Shown piece by piece: positions 1 through 9,120 of a stretch of 64,000 bases of DNA. A program made the translations under genes and the position numbers. Origin of the DNA: an uncultured Gemmatimonadaceae bacterium (lineage in GTDB: Bacteria > Gemmatimonadota > Gemmatimonadetes > Gemmatimonadales > Gemmatimonadaceae); NCBI GenBank assembly GCA_963843845.1, contig CAWJMB010000002.1:2496001-2560000 (forward strand), read 5' to 3'. Position 1 is the stretch's first letter, and the number at the start of each line of letters is the position of its first letter. The notes beneath the pieces were generated by a model. The model searched no databases. It was not told the DNA's origin and worked only from the letters and a program-made list of their open reading frames with translations.

Positions 1-79
1 AGCGCGGGCGGGATTCATGGAGTGGGGAACGTAAGGCGGCGCGCTGGACAGGCGCTACGTCGCGCGCGCATCGTGCGGC

Positions 80-358
80 ATGCCGACGCGAGACGACCGT
101 CACGCCGCGACCGCCGAGCGAAACCGTCGTCAGCATCGCGACGACGTGCGCGAGCGGCGCTGGTTCACGCTGCGTGTCGTCCTGCTCTGCACCCTCTGGT
201 TCGCGATCGGCCTCTACCTCGGCGGGTGGGCCTTCCACACCCACGACGAGGCGATGGGGCACATCTATCTGACCGCCGGGCAGCTCGTGACGTGGGTCGG
301 GATCGTCGGCACGCTCGTGTGGGCGCGGAATCGACGCCGCGACCGGGGGTGGGACTGA
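80..358 (+). CDS. small hypothetical membrane protein (2 predicted TM helices)
   Basis: 92-aa ORF with GC3-rich codons and two hydrophobic segments (WFTLRVVLLCTLWFAIGLYLGGWAF; LVTWVGIVGTLVWA). Confidence 0.7.
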   Translation: MPTRDDRHAATAERNRRQHRDDVRERRWFTLRVVLLCTLWFAIGLYLGGWAFHTHDEAMGHIYLTAGQLVTWVGIVGTLVWARNRRRDRGWD

Positions 359-398
359 ACGGCCGGGAACGGCTATATTCCGAGGCTACAGCGACTTA

Positions 399-472
399 CC
401 GGGGATCGGAGGGCGGGGATCGGGTGCACTGACACCTGGACCCCGTCCCGATCCCCGATCCCCGATCCCCGG
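399..472. repeat. heptamer-based (GGGGATC/GATCCCC) imperfect palindrome in the lepA leader
   Basis: ccggggatcggagggcggggatcggg ... cccgatccccgatccccgatccccgg. Confidence 0.8.
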
Positions 473-477
473 CCGCT

Positions 478-2276
478 TTGCAGCTCGATCACATCCGCAA
501 CTTCTGCATCGTCGCCCACATCGACCACGGGAAATCGACGCTCGCCGACCGCCTGATCGAGGCGACGGGGATGCTGCAGAAGCGGGAAATGAAAGCGCAG
601 GTGCTCGACACGCTGGACCTCGAGCGCGAGCGCGGCATCACGATCAAGCTGAACGCCGTGCGCATGTCGTACACGGCGCGGAGTGGCGAGACGTACGAGC
701 TGAACCTCATCGACACGCCCGGGCACGTCGACTTCACCTACGAAGTCTCGCGCTCGCTCGCCGCGTGCGAGGGGGCGATCCTCGTCGTCGACGCGAGCCA
801 GGGGATTCAGGCGCAGACGCTGTCGAACCTGTTCCTCGCGATGGACGCGGGGCTCGAGATCATCCCGATCCTCAACAAGATCGACCTGCCCGGCGCCGAG
901 CCCGAGAAACGGCGGCAGGAAGTGGTCGACCTCATCGGCTGCGATCCGGACGACGTGCTGCTCGTGTCGGCGAAGGAGGGGGTGGGGATTCCGGACCTGC
1001 TCGAGGCGGTCGTCGAGAAGGTGCCGCCGCCGCAGGGCGATCCGAGCGGGCCGCTCCGCGCGCTCATCTACGACTCGTACTACGACCGTTACCGCGGCGC
1101 GATCCCGAGCGTGCGCGTCGTCGACGGCGTGCTCAAGCCGAAGATGAAGATCACGTTCGGCGCGAACGACGCCGTGTACGAGGTCGAGGAGGTCGGCTAC
1201 AACCAGCTGCGCCAGGTGAAGGCCGAGCAGCTCGGGCCGGGCGAAGTCGGGTACGTCGTCGCGAACGTGCGCACGGTGCGCGAGACGCGCGCCGGCGACA
1301 CGGTATTCGACGCGACGCGGAAGGCGGCCGAGGCGCTCCCCGGCTATCAGGCCATCCGGTCGTTCGTGTTCGCCGGCCTCTATCCGACCGACACGACGCA
1401 GTACGAGCTGCTGCGCGACGCGCTCGAGAAGCTGCAGCTCAACGACGCGTCGCTGCAGTACGAGCCGGAGACGTCGACCGCGCTAGGCTTCGGGTTCCGG
1501 TGCGGGTTCCTCGGACTGCTGCACATGGAGATCGTGCAGGAGCGGCTCGAGCGGGAGTTCAACCTCGACCTCGTGACGACGGTGCCGAGCGTGGAGTACA
1601 AGCGTGTACAAGACGGACGGAGAGATCGTGCTGATCGAGAATCCGTCGTTGATGCCGCCGGCCGGTCGTGATCGCCAGCATCGAGGAGCCGTACGTCAGG
1701 GCGCGCATCATGGTGCCGAGCGAGTACATCGGGCCGATCATGACGTTAGGCACCGAGCGGCGCGGCGTGTACAAGAACATGAGCTACATCGACACCTCGC
1801 GCGTCGAGTTCGACTGGGAGTTTCCGCTCGGCGAGATCATCCTCGACTTCTTCGACCGCATGAAGACCGTGTCGCGCGGCTACGCGGCGCTCGACTACGA
1901 GATGCTCGGCTATCGCGAGAGCGAGCTGGTTCGGCTCGACATGCTGATCAACGGCGACCCGATCGACGCGTTCAGCGTGATCACGCACAAGGACAAGGCG
2001 TACGACTGGGGGCGGAAGATCGCCGACAAGTTGAAGGAGCTGATTCCGCGACAACTGTTCGAGGTCGCCATCCAGGCGGCGATCGGCACGAAGGTGATCG
2101 CGCGGACGACCGTGAAGCCGCTCCGGAAGGACGTGCTCGCGAAGTGCTACGGCGGCGACATCTCGCGGAAGCGCAAGCTGCTGGAGAAGCAGAAGGAAGG
2201 AAAGAAGCGCATGAAGCAGGTCGGCGCGGTGGAGATTCCGCAGGAGGCGTTTCTCGCGGTGCTGCAGGTGGAGTGA
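478..2276 (+). CDS. lepA: elongation factor 4 (LepA), split by two apparent indels near 1600-1670
   Basis: [43 protein letters not shown] and C-terminal [28 protein letters not shown]; bridging peptide [14 protein letters not shown] lies in a third frame. Confidence 0.97.
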
Positions 2277-3364
2277 GCGAGCATTCGCTCGTCGTGCAGA
2301 CGGCGTTTCTCGGCGACGTGGTGCTCACGACGCCGCTCGTCGCGCTGCTGGCGACGCGCGGTCCCGTGGACGTCGTCGTGCGGCCGGACGCGGCGGCGCT
2401 GCTCGCGAACAATCCCGACGTGCGGCGCGTGTTCGTGTACGACAAGCGCGGCGAGCACGCGGGTGCGCGCGGCGTGTGGCGCGTGGCCGCGCAGCTGCGA
2501 GCGGTGGCGCGTGACGACGCACGCGGCGGGGCGGTCGGACGGCGCACGGCGTACCTCGCGCAGGGGTCGATCCGCAGCGCGATGCTCGCGTCGTTGGGCG
2601 GCTACGGCGAGCGCGTCGGGTTCGAGACCTCGCGGCAGGCGCGTCCGCTGTACACGAGGACGATCGCCTACCGACCCGAGCACCATCACGCCGAGCGGTT
2701 GCTGAGCCTCGGCCTGGACGGGCCGCTCCGGGCGACGTCCGCGGAGCTGCGCCCTCGGCTCTATCCGGGGACCGACGAGCGGGCTGCCGTCACGGCGCTG
2801 CTCGTCGGAGCCGGCGCCGCCGGCGCGCCGCTCGTCGCGCTCGCACCGGGGAGCGTGTGGGCGACGAAGCGATGGCCGTACTACGCGGAGCTGGCCGCGC
2901 AGCTGTCCGTCCAGCTCGGCGAGGCCGGGCGCATCGTCGTGACGGGCGGCGCCGGCGATTCGCCGCTCGCGTCGGCGATCGTCGCCGCGTGCGCGCCCGG
3001 GCGCGTGATCGATGCGACCGGCCGACTGTCGCTGCTCGCGTCGGCGGAGCTACTCTCGCGGTGCGCCGCGCTCGTGACGAACGACTCGGCGCCGCAGCAC
3101 CTCGCGTCGGCGATGGGGGTGCCGACGATCACGGTGTTCGGTCCCACGGTGCCGGCGTTCGGGTTCGGTCCACTCGCGCCGCGAAGTGTCACGCTCGGTC
3201 ACGCGTCGCTCGCGTGTCGCCCGTGCGACCAGCATGGGCCGCAGCGGTGTCCGCTGACGCACTGGCGATGCATGCGGGAGGTCGGTGCCGACGCGGTCGC
3301 CGAGGCCGTGCGCGCCGCGCTCAGGCTCGGTACGTTAGGCGCCGACACTTCATTCCCCACATGA
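2273..3364 (+). CDS. glycosyltransferase family 9 (LPS heptosyltransferase II-like)
   Basis: [54 protein letters not shown] start overlaps the lepA stop. Confidence 0.9.
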   Translation: MSEHSLVVQTAFLGDVVLTTPLVALLATRGPVDVVVRPDAAALLANNPDVRRVFVYDKRGEHAGARGVWRVAAQLRAVARDDARGGAVGRRTAYLAQGSIRSAMLASLGGYGERVGFETSRQARPLYTRTIAYRPEHHHAERLLSLGLDGPLRATSAELRPRLYPGTDERAAVTALLVGAGAAGAPLVALAPGSVWATKRWPYYAELAAQLSVQLGEAGRIVVTGGAGDSPLASAIVAACAPGRVIDATGRLSLLASAELLSRCAALVTNDSAPQHLASAMGVPTITVFGPTVPAFGFGPLAPRSVTLGHASLACRPCDQHGPQRCPLTHWRCMREVGADAVAEAVRAALRLGTLGADTSFPT

Positions 3365-4365
3365 CCGAGCCCTCTCTCTCACACCCCACACGTTACGTCG
3401 TCGGCGTCGACCTCGGCGGAACGAACATCGTCGTCGGCGTGATGCCGGTCGACGGCAGCCGCGAGATCGCGATGCGGTCGCAGCCGACGCGCGCCGACAT
3501 GGGGCCGGACGTGGTCGTCGACCGCATCTGCGAGATGGTGGAGAGCGCCATCACGATCGCGTGCGCGGAGACCGGCGCCGCGCGCGAGCAGTTCATCGGC
3601 GTCGGCATCGGCGCGCCGGGACCGCTGGATCGCGGCCGCGGCGTCGTGCTCATCGCGCCGAACCTCGGGTGGCGCGACCTGCCGCTGCGCGACCTCATCC
3701 AGCGACGCGTGGGGCTGCCGGCGACGCTCGACAACGATGCGAACTGCGCGACGTTGGGTGAGTGGTGGACGGGCGCGGCGCGTGGCGCGCGCAACGTGGT
3801 CGGCATCACGATCGGCACCGGGATCGGGGGAGGCCTCATCCTCGATGGGCGCCTGTATCACGGCTCGTCGGACATGGCCGGCGAGATCGGGCACACGACG
3901 ATCGACTCGAACGGGCGCCGCTGCAAGTGCGGCAACTACGGCTGCCTCGAGGCCTACACGTCCGGCCCCGCGATCGCCGAGCGCGCGCGCGAGGCGCTGC
4001 GCGCGCTCGAGGAGCCGTCGATGCTGCTCGACCTCGCGCAGGGGCGAGCCGATCGGATCACGGCGCAGACCGTGTACGAGGCGTCCGAGCGGGGCGACGC
4101 CGTCGCGCGCGAAGTCGTTCGCGACACGGCGCGCTTCCTGGGCGCCGGCATCGCGAACCTGCTGAACACGTTCAACCCGGACGTCGTCGTCGTCGCGGGG
4201 GGCGTGACGCAGGCGGGGGATGCGCTGTTCGAGCCGCTGAACGCGGAAGTCCGGCGCCGCGCGTTCCGCCCGGCGGTCGAGGCGTGCCGCATCGTGCCGG
4301 GGATGCTGCCGGGCACGGCGGGGGCGGTCGGCGCGGTCGCGACATTCCTGCAGCAGCAGGCGTGA
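3361..4365 (+). CDS. ROK family sugar kinase (glucokinase-like)
   Basis: GVDLGGTN, LDNDANCA, GTGIGGG, GEIGH...CKCGNYGCLEAY zinc motif. Confidence 0.92.
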   Translation: MTEPSLSHPTRYVVGVDLGGTNIVVGVMPVDGSREIAMRSQPTRADMGPDVVVDRICEMVESAITIACAETGAAREQFIGVGIGAPGPLDRGRGVVLIAPNLGWRDLPLRDLIQRRVGLPATLDNDANCATLGEWWTGAARGARNVVGITIGTGIGGGLILDGRLYHGSSDMAGEIGHTTIDSNGRRCKCGNYGCLEAYTSGPAIAERAREALRALEEPSMLLDLAQGRADRITAQTVYEASERGDAVAREVVRDTARFLGAGIANLLNTFNPDVVVVAGGVTQAGDALFEPLNAEVRRRAFRPAVEACRIVPGMLPGTAGAVGAVATFLQQQA

Positions 4366-5423
4366 TGGGAACGGCCGGGGATCCGGGGCCGGGGACGGGG
4401 GATCGGGGATCGGAGCGACTGCAGCGTCCCGATCCCCGATCCCCCGTCCCCGGCCGCAAGAAGCGCCTCGGCGTCATCGGCACCTTCGTCTGGGACGTCA
4501 TCCACGGACGCGACGTGCGGAGCGTGCCAGTCGAGGAATGGGGCGGGATCGCGTACGCGCTCGGCGCGCTCGACGCGGCGCTGAGCGACGAGTGGGAGAT
4601 CGCGCCGATTATGAAGGTCGGGTACGACCGATCGGCGCAGGCGGGGCACTTCATGGGGTCGCTGCGTCGGCTCGCGTCCGACGCGGCGCTCGTCGAGGTG
4701 CCGTACCCGAACAACCGCGTCGAGCTGTTCTACTACAGCAGCGAGCGGCGGAGCGAGATCCTGCACGGCGGGGTGCCGGGGTGGACGTGGCTCGGGCTGA
4801 AGCAACTGCTCGGCGAGCTCGACGCGATCTACGTCAACTTCATCTCGGGGTACGAGCTCGACCTCGAGACCGCGCAGCTGCTGCGGCAGCACTTCCGGGG
4901 ACCGATCTACGGCGACCTGCACTCGCTGCTCACCGTCGTGCAGCCGGGCGGGCTGATCACCGCGCAGGCGCTGCCGAACGTCGACGCGTGGTGCCGCTGC
5001 TTCGACGTCGTGCAGGTGAACGAGGAGGAGATGGCGGTGCTCGCCCCCGACCCGCTGGCGCTCGCGGCGACGGCGCTCGGGAGCGGCGTGCAGTGCCTCG
5101 TCGTGACGATGAGCAAGCGCGGCGCGGTGTTCTTCGCGCAGCCGGACTTCGAGACGCTGGGGCTGCGGCGGCGCGCCGACGCGTTGACGCCGCCGCTCGG
5201 GCCCGTTCGGACGGCGCTCGTGCCGACCGAGCCGGTGAGCGGGGACGGCGATCCGACGGGGTGCGGGGACGTATGGGGCGCGACCTGTTTCTCGCGGCTG
5301 CTCGCGGGTGCTAACTTGCCCGACGCGATGCGCGCGGCGCACGCGGCGGCCGGCCGCAACGTCGTGCACCGCGGCGCCTCGGGGCTCGCGGCGTTTCTCC
5401 GAGGCGAGATTCACACCCCGTGA
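4365..5423 (+). CDS. PfkB/ribokinase-family carbohydrate kinase
   Basis: C-terminal DPTGCGDVWG signature and VQVNEEE; ATG overlaps the ROK stop. Confidence 0.85.
   Translation: MGTAGDPGPGTGDRGSERLQRPDPRSPVPGRKKRLGVIGTFVWDVIHGRDVRSVPVEEWGGIAYALGALDAALSDEWEIAPIMKVGYDRSAQAGHFMGSLRRLASDAALVEVPYPNNRVELFYYSSERRSEILHGGVPGWTWLGLKQLLGELDAIYVNFISGYELDLETAQLLRQHFRGPIYGDLHSLLTVVQPGGLITAQALPNVDAWCRCFDVVQVNEEEMAVLAPDPLALAATALGSGVQCLVVTMSKRGAVFFAQPDFETLGLRRRADALTPPLGPVRTALVPTEPVSGDGDPTGCGDVWGATCFSRLLAGANLPDAMRAAHAAAGRNVVHRGASGLAAFLRGEIHTP
4387..4455. repeat. perfect 27-bp inverted repeat with 15-nt loop, built of GGGGATC-like heptamers, inside the PfkB 5' end
   Basis: ggccggggacgggggatcggggatcgg (4387-4413) / ccgatccccgatcccccgtccccggcc (4429-4455). 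Confidence 0.9.
5309..5317 (+). promoter_or_regulatory. candidate extended -10 promoter (TGcTAACTT) inside the pfkB 3' end, upstream of the STAS-kinase gene
   Basis: AT-rich atypical codons GGT GCT AAC TTG form TGnTAnnnT about 145 bp upstream of 5461. Confidence 0.35.
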
Positions 5424-5460
5424 TGCTACCGCTGCGCCCCCTCCCTTCCCGCCTCGCGTC

Positions 5461-6345
5461 GTGACGCACGTCATCACGGTGCCGCCGTCGCTCGACGACG
5501 TGACCTTCGAGGACGTCGTCGCGCAGCTCGCGCCGCTCGCGCCCGACGAGCGCGTGCTCGTCGACGCGCGCCGCACGCGCTGGGCGTCTCCGTACGGCCT
5601 CACGGCGCTGCTCGCGCTCGCGCAGTCACGGGCGGTCCGGCCGTCGTTCGCGGCGCCGGACGACGAGACCACGCTGTCGTACTGGGCGCGCACCGCGTTC
5701 TTCCGTCACGCCGAGTCGCTGTACGAGTTCGGCAGGCCGGTCCCGCGGGCGCGCGGCGGCGACTCGACCGTGTTGCTCGAGATCACCGAAGTGAGTCAGT
5801 CGGGGCACGTGCACGACGTCGTCGACCGGATTCAGGAGCGATCGAAGGCGATTCTGAGCGAAGGGCTCGGCCTCGACCCGCGCGCGACGATCGGCTTCTC
5901 GATGACGCTCTCCGAGGCGTGTCAGAACATCGTCGAGCACGCCGGGCGCGGGGGATTCGTCGCGGTGCAGACGTACACGTACCGCAAGCGGTTGGGCAAG
6001 CGGGTCGTCGTCATCGGCGTGTGCGACGCCGGCATCGGGTTTCGCCGCTCGCTCGAACTGAACTCGACGCGCCCGCGCAGCGACCGGTGGGACGACGGAC
6101 AGGCGCTCGAGCAGGGCGTGCTGCGTAACGTCAGCCGCTTCAACGACAGCGGTCGCGGGCAGGGGCTCGCCGGGATTCGTCGCTACGTCGGCAAGTGGTC
6201 GGGGAAGCTGAGCGTGCGCAGCGGCACCGCGCGCATCGCGATCAAGCCCGACTGGGACGACGACGAGCCGATGCACGAGCACCTGCCGTTCTTTCCCGGC
6301 GCTCAGGTCCAGATCACCATTCCCGGCAACGTCGTCGCGTCGTGA
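5461..6345 (+). CDS. STAS-like + GHKL (HATPase) protein, anti-sigma-type Ser/Thr kinase-like
   Basis: N-terminal VLVDARRTRWASPYGLTALL...SYWARTAFF; N-box SEACQNIVEHA, G1 VCDAGIGF, G2 GRGQGL; no HisKA phospho-His helix. Confidence 0.8.
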   Translation: MTHVITVPPSLDDVTFEDVVAQLAPLAPDERVLVDARRTRWASPYGLTALLALAQSRAVRPSFAAPDDETTLSYWARTAFFRHAESLYEFGRPVPRARGGDSTVLLEITEVSQSGHVHDVVDRIQERSKAILSEGLGLDPRATIGFSMTLSEACQNIVEHAGRGGFVAVQTYTYRKRLGKRVVVIGVCDAGIGFRRSLELNSTRPRSDRWDDGQALEQGVLRNVSRFNDSGRGQGLAGIRRYVGKWSGKLSVRSGTARIAIKPDWDDDEPMHEHLPFFPGAQVQITIPGNVVAS

Positions 6346-6932
6346 TTCACCATCACATCGACCTCGGCTCCGTGCTGCGCGGCACCGTGTGCGAGCTCTA
6401 CTCGAACCTCGTCACGCGCCCGACCGGCGCCGCCGTCCGCACCGAGATCGAGCGGTCGATCGCCGAGATCGGCGGCCGCAACGTGACGGTGATCGACTTC
6501 TCGCAGGTCATGTTGCTCGACTTCTCGTGCGCCGACGAGATCGTGGCGAAGCTCATGCTGCGCTACTGCGTTCCGCCGGACGCCGACCGCGCGGGCGACA
6601 GCTACTTTCTCTTCCTCGGGCTCGGCGACCACCACCTCGACGCGGTCGAGGCGGTGCTCGAGCGCCACCGGATCGCGATCGTCGCCATGCACGACGAGAC
6701 GCCGGTGCTGGTCGGCGACGTGGACGCGCTGGCGCGGGCGACGTGGGAGGGGCTGCGCGCGCTCGGGCCGTGCGACGCGTCGCACGTCGCCGCGGCGTTG
6801 GGCCGACCGCCGGAGATCGTGGCGGACGAGTTGGACCGGCTCGCCGCGCGGCGCCTCGTCGTGCGCCTGGGGCCGGTGTACACCGTGTTAGGCATCTTCC
6901 CGACGACGGCGCCGGAGGAGGCAGCCGCATGA
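6342..6932 (+). CDS. STAS-like (DUF4325-like) + C-terminal winged-HTH protein
   Basis: LVTRPTGAAVRTEIE...VIDFSQVMLLDFSCADEIVAKL; C-terminal ASHVAAALGRPPEIVADELDRLAARRLV; GTGA overlap with the upstream kinase. Confidence 0.72.
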   Translation: MIHHHIDLGSVLRGTVCELYSNLVTRPTGAAVRTEIERSIAEIGGRNVTVIDFSQVMLLDFSCADEIVAKLMLRYCVPPDADRAGDSYFLFLGLGDHHLDAVEAVLERHRIAIVAMHDETPVLVGDVDALARATWEGLRALGPCDASHVAAALGRPPEIVADELDRLAARRLVVRLGPVYTVLGIFPTTAPEEAAA

Positions 6933-7252
6933 ATCCGCTGTTCAAGCGACCGCAGAGCTCGCGCCCGCTGCGGGTCGAGAATTTCATCGCGACGCGGGTC
7001 AGCGACCCCGAGCGCGGCCCGCAGGTGCGCCTGCAGAGCACGGCGGCGAAGGAGCGCATGCTCGTCGACGGCGAGCTCGCGATCGTCGACACGCCGCGCG
7101 GCCAGCAGCTCGCGACCGTCGTGGTCGACGACGCGGTGCCGCGCGGCGGCGTGATCGTGCGCGACCTGGGCGGCGTCGCGCCGTCGGAGATCGTGTACGT
7201 GACGAAGCCCGACCTCGACGCGCCGCCGACGCCGGCGCGCACGTACGCCTGA
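6929..7252 (+). CDS. small stand-alone double-psi beta-barrel protein (molybdopterin-dinucleotide-binding-domain-like)
   Basis: VRLQSTAAKERMLVDGELAIVDTPRGQQLATVVVDDAVPRGGV pattern; GGAGG RBS and ATGA overlap. Confidence 0.6.
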   Translation: MNPLFKRPQSSRPLRVENFIATRVSDPERGPQVRLQSTAAKERMLVDGELAIVDTPRGQQLATVVVDDAVPRGGVIVRDLGGVAPSEIVYVTKPDLDAPPTPARTYA

Positions 7253-7272
7253 CGCGTCGCCGGGTCACTCGC

Positions 7273-8424
7273 ATGCCTCACCCGTCGCCAGGGCTGTCGA
7301 CGATCGCCGTCCACGGAACGCACGCCGCGTCGACGGCCGCCCCGGTCGTCGTGCCGCTCGTCCAGTCGGTGAACTTCGGGCAGCCGATCGCGACCGGCGA
7401 CGGCATGCGCTACACGCGCTACGGCAACACGCCGAACGCCGAGTCGGTGCAGACGCGGCTGGCGCTGCTCGAAGGGGCCGAAGCGGCGCTCGTCTGCGCG
7501 AGCGGGATGGGCGCCACCGCGTGCACGATGCTCGCCCTGCTCCGCCCGGGCGACCACCTGCTCGCGAGCCAGTGGATCTACGGCGGCACGCGCGACCTGT
7601 TCGCGAAGGAGCTGACGTCGTTAGGCATCGACGTGACCTTCGTCGACCCGTCGTACGCGCGGAATTGGCGGCGCGGCCTACGCAAGTCGACGCGCGCCAT
7701 GTTCCTCGAGACGCCCGTCAATCCGACGACGCGCGTGCTCGACCTGCGCCCGCTCGCCCGGCTGGCCCGCGATGCCGGCGTCGCGCTCGTCGTCGACGCG
7801 ACGCTCGCCTCGCCGGTCAACTTCCGCGCGTTGCACCACGGCGCCGACGTCGTCATCCACTCCGCCACGAAGTACCTGAACGGGCACCATGACGTGTTGG
7901 GCGGGGCGGTCGTCGGCTCGTCGGCCGTCGTCGAGGAGGCGCGCCAGAAGATGATCGTGTGGGGCCAGGCGCCGGATCCGTTCGCCTGCTGGCTGCTCGA
8001 GCGCGGGCTCAAGACGCTCGACGTCCGCGTACGGCGGCAGAACGAGAACGCGATGCGCCTCGCGGAGTGGTGCGAGGGTCGGGCCGGGATCGCGCGGGTG
8101 CACTATCCCGGACTCGCGTCGCACCCCGACCACGCGCTCGCGACCGAAGTCCTCGACGGCTTCGGCGGCATGCTCGCGATCGAGCTGGCCGGCGGCGGCG
8201 AGCGCACGGACGCGTTCCTCGGCGCCCTCCGCGTCATCACGCACGCGGCGAGCCTCGGCGGCGTCGACTCGCTCGTCAGCGAACCGCGCTACACGTCGCA
8301 CGCCCATCTCGATTCCGCGGCGCGCGCGGCGGTCGGCATTCCGGACGGCTTTCTCCGCATCAGCGTCGGCATCGAGAACATCGACGACCTCATCGCCGAC
8401 GTGGAGCAGGCCCTCGGGACGTAG
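7273..8424 (+). CDS. Cys/Met metabolism PLP-dependent enzyme (cystathionine gamma-synthase/lyase family)
   Basis: YTRYGNTP, ASGMGA, ETPVNP, HSATKYLNGHHD, SLGGVDSL, RISVGIE. Confidence 0.92.
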   Translation: MPHPSPGLSTIAVHGTHAASTAAPVVVPLVQSVNFGQPIATGDGMRYTRYGNTPNAESVQTRLALLEGAEAALVCASGMGATACTMLALLRPGDHLLASQWIYGGTRDLFAKELTSLGIDVTFVDPSYARNWRRGLRKSTRAMFLETPVNPTTRVLDLRPLARLARDAGVALVVDATLASPVNFRALHHGADVVIHSATKYLNGHHDVLGGAVVGSSAVVEEARQKMIVWGQAPDPFACWLLERGLKTLDVRVRRQNENAMRLAEWCEGRAGIARVHYPGLASHPDHALATEVLDGFGGMLAIELAGGGERTDAFLGALRVITHAASLGGVDSLVSEPRYTSHAHLDSAARAAVGIPDGFLRISVGIENIDDLIADVEQALGT

Positions 8425-8430
8425 CCCGTC

Positions 8431-9120
8431 GTGATTCGCTTCACCGACGTCACGAAGACGTACGCCAAAGGCGGGACCGCACTCGATCGCGTGTCGTTCC
8501 GCCTCGCCAAGGGCGAGTTCGCGTTCCTCACGGGCCCGAGCGGCTCGGGCAAGAGCACGCTCCTCAAGCTCGCTCAGTTCGACGAGTGGCCCACGCGCGG
8601 CGAGGTCGAGGTGAGCGGCGTGCGCTCGCGGACGGCGACCGCGCGCGACGTGCCGTCGCTGCGGCGAAAGCTCGGGATCGTCTTCCAGGATTTTCGTCTG
8701 CTCGCCGATCGCAGCGTCGAGCAGAACGTCGCGTTCGCGCTCGAAGTCACCGGCGCCCCGTTCGACACGATCCGCGACCGGGCGGCACGCGCGCTCGCGC
8801 AGGTCGGTCTCTCGGCGAAGGGGCCGGCGATGCCGCACGAACTGTCGGGCGGCGAGCGGCAGCGGGTGTCGATCGCGCGAGCGATCGTCAACCGCCCGCT
8901 CGTTCTGCTCGCCGACGAGCCGACGGGAAACCTCGACGACCGCGCCGCGCGTGGCGTGCTGCAGTTGCTGCAGGAGATCAACGCGGCCGGCACCGCCGTG
9001 CTCATGGCGACGCACAACCTCGACCTCGTGCGTCGGGCCGACGCGCGCGTGATCGAGCTCAGTCGCGGCGCCGTGGTGTTCGACTCCGCCGAGGGCCCGC
9101 GACCCGAGGCGAGCGCATGA
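8431..9120 (+). CDS. ftsE: cell division ATP-binding protein FtsE
   Basis: [43 protein letters not shown]; followed by ftsX. Confidence 0.92.
   Translation: MIRFTDVTKTYAKGGTALDRVSFRLAKGEFAFLTGPSGSGKSTLLKLAQFDEWPTRGEVEVSGVRSRTATARDVPSLRRKLGIVFQDFRLLADRSVEQNVAFALEVTGAPFDTIRDRAARALAQVGLSAKGPAMPHELSGGERQRVSIARAIVNRPLVLLADEPTGNLDDRAARGVLQLLQEINAAGTAVLMATHNLDLVRRADARVIELSRGAVVFDSAEGPRPEASA

Noticed and set aside
1595..1675. Programmed frameshifting in lepA
   Set aside because: Two separate shifts, no slippery heptamer, and similar indels across many unrelated genes point to sequencing error
399..4455. CRISPR array from the GATCCCC repeats
   Set aside because: Units are 7 bp, arranged as inverted arrays without unique spacers, and no cas genes are present
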